From Candidatus Dormiibacterota bacterium (lineage in GTDB: Bacteria; Vulcanimicrobiota; Vulcanimicrobiia; Vulcanimicrobiales; SCRA01): 17,334 bases of DNA. The stretch is taken from the NCBI GenBank assembly GCA_035533275.1, contig DATLUD010000060.1, forward strand, positions 1-17,334, given 5' to 3'. The position numbers were made by a program, and so were the translations under genes. Shown here piece by piece: positions 8,201 through 15,525 of the stretch. The notes beneath the pieces were generated by a model. That model had not been told where the DNA came from. It saw only the letters and a program-made list of their open reading frames with translations, and made no database searches. Within the stretch, counting starts at the first letter, position 1. Each line of letters starts with the position of its first letter.

Positions 8201-8247
8201 CCAAGGTGGCGCCTTGGCCATCTGGCTAACGTAGGGGGATGGCCAAG
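8201..8247 (+). promoter_or_regulatory. Overlapping inverted repeats (CCAAGG/CCTTGG and CTTGGCCAT/ATGGCCAAG). The second repeat encloses the ribosome-binding site and start codon of the CP ATP-grasp gene. It is a candidate translational-control hairpin or operator.
   Basis: Perfect 9-bp arms at 8213-8221 and 8239-8247, with the GGGGG SD sequence in the loop. A 6-bp IR at 8201-8206/8212-8217 offers an alternative pairing. Confidence 0.4.
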
Positions 8248-9704
8248 ACGCGAATCGGCGCCTCAGTGTTCGAGACGGAGCAGGAGTACGCGCTGGGGAC
8301 CCACTTCGACGAGTTCTTCGAGCGCGACGGCGTTGCTCGCGAGCACTACGCCGGGCTCGTCGAGGCGTTGGCGGAATATCCACGCGAGGAGGTCCTGGGC
8401 CGCGTCCAGTCCATCAACGCGGCGCTCCTCCAGCGGGGAGTGACCTTCACCGTCTACGCGGATGCCAGCGGCATCGAGCGCGTCTTCCCTTTCGATCTGA
8501 TCCCGCGCATCCTGCGCGCGGAGGAATGGAGCCGCATCGAGCGGGGCATCGCCCAGCGCGTGCAGGCGCTCAACGCCTTTCTCCACGACGTCTATCACGA
8601 TCAGCGCATCCTGCGCGAGAAGCGCGTCCCCGCGGACCTGGTCTACTCGTGCAAGCACTTCTGCCGGGAGATGGTCGGCGTGGACGTGCCCGGCGGCGTC
8701 TACGTGCACGTCTCGGGGATCGACCTCATCCGAGACGAGCGCGGCGAGTTCTTGGTCCTGGAAGACAACTGCCGGACGCCCTCGGGGATCTCGTACGTGC
8801 TCGAGAACCGGGACGTCCTGAAGCGGAACTTCCCCGACCTCTTCGCGGGATACGCGGTGCGTCCCGTGGACGACTATCCCCGCCGCCTGCTGGACGTCCT
8901 GCGCCACGCGGCGCTGCAGTGGCGGGAGAACCCGACCGTCGTGGTGCTGACGCCGGGCATCCACAACTCGGCCTACTTCGAGCATGCGATGCTCGCGCGG
9001 CGCATGGGAGCCGAGCTCGTGGAGGGGCGCGACCTGGTGGTGATCGACGACGTTGTCTACGTGAAGACGACGCGCGGCCTCCAGCGGGTGGACGTCATCT
9101 ACCGGCGCGTCGACGACGACTTTCTCGATCCTCTGTACTTCATCCCCGAGTCGGTGCTCGGCGTGACGGGGCTGCTCGATGCCTACCGGGCCGGCAACGT
9201 GGTGCTGGCCAACGCGATCGGCACGGGCGTCGCCGACGACAAGTCGGTCTATCGCTTCGTTCCGGAGATGATCCGCTTCTACTTGGACGAGGAGCCCGTC
9301 CTGGGCGTCGTGCCCACGTTCGATTGCACGGACCCGGCGCAGCGCCGCCACGTGGTGGGGCATCTCGCGGATCTGGTGGTGAAGAGCACGGCGGCCTCCG
9401 GCGCTACGGCATGCTGATGGGGCCCTACGCCGACGCGGCCGAGCGGGAGGAGTTCGCGCGCAAGATCGAGGCGAACCCGCGTGAGTTCATCGCTCAGCCC
9501 GTGATCTCGCTCTCGTCGCATCCCACGCTGGTCGACGGCGTGCTGGCCCCCAGGCGCGTCGATCTCCGCCCCTTCGCCCTCTACGGGCGTGAGGTGGACG
9601 TCCCACCGGCGGCCCTGACCCGCGTGGCCCTGCGCGAAGGCTCGCTCGTGGTCAACTCCTCGCAGGGGGGCGGCAGCAAAGACACCTGGGTGCTGCAGGG
9701 GTAG
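8239..9704 (+). pseudogene. Circularly permuted ATP-grasp type 2 protein (DUF404/DUF407 family; ~489 aa if intact). It is interrupted by a 1-nt deletion near 9403, which leaves two ORFs, 8239..9417 and 9411/9381..9704.
   Basis: The N-terminal part matches the family up to VVKSTAASG. The C-terminal part (YGMLMGPYADAAEREEF ... IAQPVISLS ... VDLRPFAL ... SLVVNSSQGGGSKDTW) is in the -1 frame. Changing tccggcgctacggc to tccggcggctacggc restores the conserved SGGYGML motif. Confidence 0.8.
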
Positions 9705-9712
9705 CGAAGCAT

Positions 9713-10654
9713 ATGCTGACGCGAGTCGCCGATTCGCTGTACTGGCTCGGGCGCAACATCGAGCGCGCCGAGACGATCGCGCGCATCCTGGACGTGAACT
9801 ACACCCGCGCCATGGATCTCTACTCCATGCGAGACGGGCGCGGGGAGCATCTGTGGCGCTCCGTGATGCGTTGCGCGGGGTTCGTGGCGGATCCCCAGCT
9901 GCCCGCAGGGGGACGCGTGGCCGCCGAGGTGATCGCCTTCTGCGGCCTCGACCACGAGAATCCGTACTCGCTGCGCTCGTCCATCCGCATCGCCAGGACC
10001 AACGCGCTGGGCATCCGGTCGGAGCTGACCAGCGAGGTCTGGGAGACCGTGAACGCGCTCTACCTCTACGCGGAGGAGCAGGAGGCGCGCAGCGTCCTGC
10101 GCAGCGGGCCCTCGAAGTTCCTGCGGCGCGTGCGGGACGCGGCGCATGCCTTCGCGGGGGTGACCTCCGAGACGCTGACCCACGGGGACCGTTGGTCGTA
10201 TCTGGTGGTGGGGCGCTTCTTCGAGCGCGCCTATATGACGGTGCGCATGCTCGACGCGGTGGACATCGAGCGCGAGCCGTGGCCCGAGGCCCAACGCCTT
10301 CTGGAGATGTGCTGCGCGGGGGAGCCGTTCACCCAGACCGTCGGCCATGCCTCCGAGCCGCGCGACGTGCTGGAGTTCCTGATCCTGCACCGCCAGTTCC
10401 CCCGCTCGCTGCACTTCTGCATGCGCCGGGTCGACGAGGCGATGCACGCGATCTCCGGCACGCCGCCCGACACGTTCGCGAACGACGCCGAGCGCCGCCT
10501 GGGGCGAGCGCGGGCCATGCTCGACTACGCCTCGATCGGCGACGTGCTCGGCGGCGGTCTGCCGGCGTTCGGAGCGGCCATGCGCGAGGAGTTCGAGGCG
10601 CTGCACGCCGCCATCTCTGCGAGCTATCAGCCCGGCATGGTGGGGGCCCCGTGA
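9713..10654 (+). CDS. Alpha-E domain protein (DUF403; 313 aa), the partner of the CP ATP-grasp.
   Basis: N-terminus MLTRVADSLYWLGRNIERAETIARILDVN. It starts 8 nt after the ATP-grasp stop. Confidence 0.85.
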   Translation: MLTRVADSLYWLGRNIERAETIARILDVNYTRAMDLYSMRDGRGEHLWRSVMRCAGFVADPQLPAGGRVAAEVIAFCGLDHENPYSLRSSIRIARTNALGIRSELTSEVWETVNALYLYAEEQEARSVLRSGPSKFLRRVRDAAHAFAGVTSETLTHGDRWSYLVVGRFFERAYMTVRMLDAVDIEREPWPEAQRLLEMCCAGEPFTQTVGHASEPRDVLEFLILHRQFPRSLHFCMRRVDEAMHAISGTPPDTFANDAERRLGRARAMLDYASIGDVLGGGLPAFGAAMREEFEALHAAISASYQPGMVGAP

Positions 10655-10656
10655 GC

Positions 10657-11517
10657 ATGGAATACACGATCGCTCACGAGACGTCGTACTGGTACCCGCA
10701 GCCCGTGGTCGAGAGCTACACGGTGGTCCACCTCCAGCCGCGCAACGACGCGACGCAGTACTGCACCCGTTTCGAGCTCAGCGTGAAGCCGCGCGCGGGC
10801 GTTCGGAGCACCGTGGACCGGTACGGCAACGGGGTGCAGCACTTCGAGATCCTCTCCAGCCATCAAGAGCTGACGGTGCGCGCCAGCTCGACCGTGGTGA
10901 GCCTGGCCCCGCGGACGGTCGGCGAGCCGAGCGAAGCGACCCTGGAGCTCCTGCGGAGCGATCCGGAGCTGGACCTGCTCTACGACTTCGTGCAGGAGAG
11001 CGCGTACGTGCAGTTTGCGCCGGAGGTCGCGGGGTTCGCGGCGGATCTGGCGCCGCGGGGCGACCGCATCGGGGCGTGGTGCGGCGAGGTGTCGCGGGCG
11101 ATCCACCGGCGCCTGCGCTACGACACCACCGCGACGAGCGTCCGCTCCACCGTCGTGGAGGCACTGCAAAGCCGGGCCGGAGTCTGTCAGGACTTCGCGC
11201 ACGTGATGATCGCCGTGCTGCGCTCCGCGGGCATTCCCGCGCGGTACGTGAGCGGATACGTCTTTCGCGGCGAGACGGCGCCGGGAATCTTGGGGGCGGA
11301 GGCCTCGCACGCGTGGTGCGAGGCCTATCTCCCTCCGTACGGCTGGGTCGGATTCGACCCGACCAACGACGTCTTGGTCAACGACCAGTTCGTGCGCGTG
11401 GCCATCGGGCGGGACTACCACGACGTCAGTCCGGTCCGTGGCGTCTACAAGGGCTCCGGGAGCAGCGAGATGTCCGTCAACGTCGCCATGGATGCCCTGC
11501 AGTTTGCCCAACAGTAG
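10657..11517 (+). CDS. Transglutaminase-like cysteine protease/transglutaminase (Bact_transglu_N plus TGase core; 286 aa).
   Basis: Cys-His-Asp core (GVCQDFAHVMIAVLRSAGIPARYVSGY ... ASHAWCEAY ... GFDPTN). The ATG is 3 nt after the alpha-E stop (GTGAGCATG). Confidence 0.85.
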   Translation: MEYTIAHETSYWYPQPVVESYTVVHLQPRNDATQYCTRFELSVKPRAGVRSTVDRYGNGVQHFEILSSHQELTVRASSTVVSLAPRTVGEPSEATLELLRSDPELDLLYDFVQESAYVQFAPEVAGFAADLAPRGDRIGAWCGEVSRAIHRRLRYDTTATSVRSTVVEALQSRAGVCQDFAHVMIAVLRSAGIPARYVSGYVFRGETAPGILGAEASHAWCEAYLPPYGWVGFDPTNDVLVNDQFVRVAIGRDYHDVSPVRGVYKGSGSSEMSVNVAMDALQFAQQ

Positions 11518-11535
11518 CGCGCCGGTTCGCCTCCG

Positions 11536-11769
11536 TCACTCGATGCGCCCGAGGACGTCGCCTCGGTGCACCACCTCGTTGGCGGCCTTGAGGGTCCGCA
11601 GCCTCCCGTCGGCCGGCGCGCGGATCTCCAGCGTCGCCTTGAGCAGCATGAACTCGGCGATCAGGTCCCCGTGGCGCACGGCGGCGCCGTCGTCGGCGAG
11701 CCAGGTGGTGATCACCCCGTCGGCGACGCCGTTCCAGAGCTCGTCGGGAACCACGATGTCGACGGCCAT
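11536..11769 (-). CDS. Free-standing lipoyl/biotinyl-attachment domain protein (77 aa) that ends the E1 operon. The lysine motif is atypical (EFMLLKATLEI instead of ETDKA).
   Basis: Aligns to E2 lipoyl domains (IVVPD ... KATLEI.AP.DG). The ATG at 11769 is 7 nt after the E1 beta stop. Confidence 0.75.
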   Translation of the reverse strand: MAVDIVVPDELWNGVADGVITTWLADDGAAVRHGDLIAEFMLLKATLEIRAPADGRLRTLKAANEVVHRGDVLGRIE

Positions 11770-11776
11770 GCGGGCT

Positions 11777-12817
11777 CTAGGCTCCCCGTCCCGCGAGCGC
11801 GGCCATGCTCTCGTACGCGGCCACGATCTTGGCGGGATTGGGCAGGGCGAACTCCTCCATCGGGCGCGAGTAGGGAATGGGGATGTCGGGGTAGCCCACG
11901 CGCTTGGGCGTGGCCTTGAGCATCGAGACGTCGTGCTCGACCACGGTCGCCATGATCTCGCCCGTCATCCCGTAGCTTTGATAGTCCTCGTCCACCACGA
12001 TGAGGCGCCCGGTCTTGCGCACGGAGGCGATCACGTGCTTGCGGTCCAAGGGCACCAGCGAGCGCAGATCGATCACCTCCGCGGAGACGCCTCGATCGGC
12101 CAGCAGGTCGGCGGCCTTGAGGGCATGATGGACGCCGGAGGTGATGCCGACGATCGTGACGTCGGTACCCTCGCGCACGGTGGCCGCCTTGCCGATGGGC
12201 ACCGTGTAGGCTTCCTCGGGCACCCCGACGATCGACGCCGGCTCCGTGCCGAGCCACCCCATGCCCTGCAAGCCCTTGTGGAAGAGATAGATGACGGGGT
12301 TGTCGTCGCGGATGGCCGCCGTCATCAAGCCCTTGGCGTCGTACGCGTTCGACGGCGCGACGACTTTCATTCCGGGCAAGTGGGCGAACGTGCCGTGGAG
12401 GCACTGGGAGTGCTGTCCCGCGTCGCTGTAGCCGCCGCCGGTGGCCGTCATCAAGACCATCGGAACCCGCACGCTCCCGCCGGAGAAGTACGTGTTCTTG
12501 GCCATGAAGTTGTAGATCGCGTCCATGCAGACCCCAAAGAAATCGACGAACATCAGCTCGACGACGGGGCGCATGCCGTCGGCCGCGGCCCCGGCCGCGG
12601 CGCTGATGAACGCTGTCTCGGAGATCGGCGTATCGCGCACCCGCTCGGCGCCGAACTCCTCGTACAGGCCGCGCGTGTTGCCGAAGACGCCGCCGAGCTT
12701 GGCGATGTCCTCGCCCATCACGAAGACGCGCGGGTCGGTGCGCATCTCTTGCGCGATCGCCTCTGCCATGGCCCGCGCGATGGTCAGCTTGCGGGCGCTG
12801 GGTGTGCCGTTGCTCAT
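11777..12817 (-). CDS. Thiamine-diphosphate-dependent 2-oxoacid / acetoin dehydrogenase E1 component, beta subunit (AcoB/PdhB-like; 346 aa).
   Basis: Transketolase-like pyrimidine-binding and C-terminal domains (ISETAFISAAAGAAADGMRPVVELMFVDF ...). The ATG at 12817 is preceded by GAGGAG at a 6-nt spacing. Confidence 0.88.
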   Translation of the reverse strand: MSNGTPSARKLTIARAMAEAIAQEMRTDPRVFVMGEDIAKLGGVFGNTRGLYEEFGAERVRDTPISETAFISAAAGAAADGMRPVVELMFVDFFGVCMDAIYNFMAKNTYFSGGSVRVPMVLMTATGGGYSDAGQHSQCLHGTFAHLPGMKVVAPSNAYDAKGLMTAAIRDDNPVIYLFHKGLQGMGWLGTEPASIVGVPEEAYTVPIGKAATVREGTDVTIVGITSGVHHALKAADLLADRGVSAEVIDLRSLVPLDRKHVIASVRKTGRLIVVDEDYQSYGMTGEIMATVVEHDVSMLKATPKRVGYPDIPIPYSRPMEEFALPNPAKIVAAYESMAALAGRGA

Positions 12818-12837
12818 GGTATTCTCCTCACTCGCGC

Positions 12838-13824
12838 CTAGACGAAGACCTTGTCCAGAGCCGCCGCGGGCTCGGGGTAGGGACTGCGCCGCGCGAACGC
12901 GATCGCGTCGTCCACGCGCTTGCGCGCGCGGGTGACGATCTCCGCATCCTCTTGCGGCGTCAGGGCGTCGACGGTGGTCAAGTACCCGCGGTAGGCCGGG
13001 ATGGGATCCCTGGCCGCGAGCATCTCGAGCTCCTCCTTGGGACGATACTGCTGCGCGTCCCCCATGAAGTGGCCGGAGAGGCGGAGCGTCTCGATCTCGA
13101 TGAGCGAGGGGCCTTCGCCGTTGCGGGCGCGCTCGATGGCTTGCCCGGCGACTTTGAAGACCTGGAGCACGTCGTTGTTGGCCACGTAGTGTCCCGGGAT
13201 GCCGTAGCCGATGGCGCGGACGTCGTTGTGCTCCACGGGCGTCGAGGCGCTCTTGGGAACGGAGATCGCCCACGAGTTGTCCTCGATCACGAAGATCACC
13301 GGAAGCTTCCAGATGGCCGCCAAGTTGAGCGCCTCGTGGAAGGCGCCTTGGTTGGCCGCCCCTTCTCCAAGGTACGCCACCGCCACGCCGTCCTTGCTCT
13401 GGAGCTTGCGCGAGAGGGCGGCGCCCACCGCCGGCCCCACGCTCTGGCCGATGATGCCCGAGCACGAGAAGTTGACGGCGGGATCGAAGAGGTGCATGTG
13501 GCCGCCGCGGCCGCCGCTCAGCCCGTCGCCCTTGCCGAAGATCTCGGCCGCCATCTTGTCGAGATCGACGCCTTTGGCGATGGCGACGTGGTGGGCGCGG
13601 TGCGTCGACGTCACCACGTCGGTCGGCTTCAAGTGGATGCAGACGCCCGCGGCGCACGGCTCTTGCCCCTTGGAGAGATGCATCTCGCCGGGTATCGGCC
13701 CGCTTGCCATGTTGAAGACCGGTGTCTTGCCTTCGAGATAGATCGCCTCGATGGTGTCCTCGAAGTAGCGCGAGGCCACCATCCGTTCGTACATCCAGAG
13801 CTTCTGCTCTCGCGTGGGTAACAT
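12838..13824 (-). CDS. Thiamine-diphosphate-dependent dehydrogenase E1 component, alpha subunit (AcoA/PdhA-like; 328 aa).
   Basis: TPP-binding motif (YLGEGAANQGAFHEALNLAAIWKLPVIFVIEDNSWAIS) and the phosphorylation-loop region. GGAGG lies 5 nt before the ATG at 13824. Confidence 0.88.
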   Translation of the reverse strand: MLPTREQKLWMYERMVASRYFEDTIEAIYLEGKTPVFNMASGPIPGEMHLSKGQEPCAAGVCIHLKPTDVVTSTHRAHHVAIAKGVDLDKMAAEIFGKGDGLSGGRGGHMHLFDPAVNFSCSGIIGQSVGPAVGAALSRKLQSKDGVAVAYLGEGAANQGAFHEALNLAAIWKLPVIFVIEDNSWAISVPKSASTPVEHNDVRAIGYGIPGHYVANNDVLQVFKVAGQAIERARNGEGPSLIEIETLRLSGHFMGDAQQYRPKEELEMLAARDPIPAYRGYLTTVDALTPQEDAEIVTRARKRVDDAIAFARRSPYPEPAAALDKVFV

Positions 13825-13862
13825 GACGCCTCCCTTCCCCAGGACGTGATGAGCCTGCCGTA

Positions 13863-13873
13863 GGCATTATGCC
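13863..13873. promoter_or_regulatory. An 11-bp perfect palindrome, GGCATTATGCC, in the 72-bp divergent intergenic region between the E1 alpha gene and the PolDom-like gene. It is a candidate operator for a dimeric regulator.
   Basis: Palindrome read from the sequence, flanked by CCTG/CAGG. It is the only AT-containing symmetric site in this short divergent promoter region. Confidence 0.3.
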
Positions 13874-13896
13874 CACGTCAGGCGCGGCATCTCGCC

Positions 13897-14817
13897 GTGA
13901 TCAGACTACAGGCCTATGCGCGCGTTGCCGCGAAGCATCCACCAGGTTGCTTTGACGCTCGCGGAGGGCGTGTGGAGACGGGGCTTCAGACCGCACTCGC
14001 TCAACACTATGCGCTGGTGCAAACGCAGCTGCTCGAGGCCGTCGGCGGACGCCCCGTGGCAGGCTTGCGAGCCCCGCACGGACTGCCGGCTGGCTTCGTC
14101 CAGCACGATCTCGGCGCCGGGGCACCCATACCGACGTTCGAGCACGTCGGCGAGGACGGCCTCTCGATCCGCGTCGCGCTGCTCGAGTCCCCGGAGCATC
14201 TCGCCTTCATGGTCCATCTGATGACGGTGGAGATGCGGCCGTGGTGCTCCGGGGCCGAGCACGCCGAGGCGGGCTTGGGCGACGTGCTCGCCTTCGAGCT
14301 GGAGGCCGTTGAGCCGGCAGACGCGGCGCTGATGCGGCGCGGAGCTCTGCTGCTGCGCGACGCGCTGGCCGCGGTGGGTCTTGGATCCAACGTGCAGCTG
14401 GCCAAGCCGCCGGGGCTCGACGTGCTGGTGCCGCTCGACCGCGGCTACCCGGTCTCGCAGCTGCGCGCGGCGGAACGCTTCCTCGCCGGAGAGCTCACGC
14501 GGCGCCACCCGGACGTCTTCAGCATCGCCTACTATCGCTCGCAACGCGCCGGGCGCGTCCACCTCGGCACCGGTGCCAAGGGCGTCTCGCGCACCTACCG
14601 CGCGCCGTACTCGCTGCTCGCGGTGCCGGGGCTCTCCGTGGCCCTGCCGATCACCTGGCGCGAGCTCGAGCGCGACGCCAACGCCCCCGTGGCGGCACGT
14701 GACCTGCCGGCGTTCCTGCGCGCGCACCCGCGCGACCCCGACGCGGGCGTTTCGCCGCAGAATCCGCTGGAGCTGCTGGTGCGCGCCGAGGAGGCGCGCC
14801 CGCGTGATGGAGAGTGA
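13897..14817 (+). CDS. Divergent, probably catalytically inactive paralog of the LigD primase-polymerase (PolDom) domain (306 aa).
   Basis: Collinear similarity to the Pol domain of the PE-Pol protein in this window. Every catalytic position is substituted: FFDLDP becomes AFELEA, SGSRGLHV becomes AKPPGLDV, and VYLD becomes VHLG. The start is a GTG at 13897, or alternatively 13972. Confidence 0.7.
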   Translation: MIRLQAYARVAAKHPPGCFDARGGRVETGLQTALAQHYALVQTQLLEAVGGRPVAGLRAPHGLPAGFVQHDLGAGAPIPTFEHVGEDGLSIRVALLESPEHLAFMVHLMTVEMRPWCSGAEHAEAGLGDVLAFELEAVEPADAALMRRGALLLRDALAAVGLGSNVQLAKPPGLDVLVPLDRGYPVSQLRAAERFLAGELTRRHPDVFSIAYYRSQRAGRVHLGTGAKGVSRTYRAPYSLLAVPGLSVALPITWRELERDANAPVAARDLPAFLRAHPRDPDAGVSPQNPLELLVRAEEARPRDGE

Positions 14818-14828
14818 CGACGCGGCGC

Positions 14829-15170
14829 CTACTCTTTGCCGATTTTCTGATTCTCGTTGTTGAGAAGAAAGATCTTGTCGGCGTGGCGAACGCCGAGGCC
14901 CTTCTGATCATAGAAGATGCCGACGTAGCGCCCTGGCTTGATGGCCTTCATTTGGTACGTCGTCTTGCCGTCGGCGGAAAAAATCTGATCGAACTTTGGC
15001 ACGAGAACGAAACTCAATGTCTGGTGCGTCGTCGGGCTATAAACCTTTATGTTATCCATCGAGACATGTTTCGTGATACCGTAGAACGTCGAAGCGGCAA
15101 GCGCGGCGTTCGGCGCCAGCATGGCGATGGCGGCTGTGAGCGAAATCAGTATCATGCTCATGTGTTTCAT
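14829..15170 (-). CDS. Small secreted protein of unknown function (113 aa) with a Sec signal peptide and AxA cleavage site. Its GC content (~52%) is atypical for the region.
   Basis: The N-terminus MKHMSMILISLTAAIAMLAPNAALAAS has a signal-peptide pattern. GGAGG lies 7 nt before the ATG at 15170. The codon usage is AT-rich, unlike its neighbours. Confidence 0.7.
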   Translation of the reverse strand: MKHMSMILISLTAAIAMLAPNAALAASTFYGITKHVSMDNIKVYSPTTHQTLSFVLVPKFDQIFSADGKTTYQMKAIKPGRYVGIFYDQKGLGVRHADKIFLLNNENQKIGKE

Positions 15171-15525
15171 GCGTTTTCCTCCAGGCCGATCGGGACGGGC
15201 TCGGTCGCCATCGTCGCATCACGGATCACCATCGCAGCGGACCGTTCTCTGTGCACCAGGGTTACCGAGCTGCGCCATGCGGCGCTTGCTCCGGCGGCGT
15301 CGGCAAATCAATTGTAGCTGGCGTAGCTCGCGTCTGCCAATCGTTGAAACGAGGGATGCGGTGCCGGCGTTATCCCCAGTTTCCACGATACCTGAACCGT
15401 GGCGGCTGTGGTACGCTGACGCCGGTGCCGCCGCGCGGCGCAGCGCGACGGCGGCGGATACCGCGAAACCTTGGCCGCAATGCCAAAACGGTTCCGACGC
15501 GCAAGATCTCAAAAGAGGTAGCAAG

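Noticed and set aside
9390-9420. Programmed ribosomal frameshift in the ATP-grasp gene
   Set aside because: Recovery would need a -1 shift, but there is no X XXY YYZ slippery heptamer or downstream pseudoknot. A mutation, sequencing error or split gene is more parsimonious.
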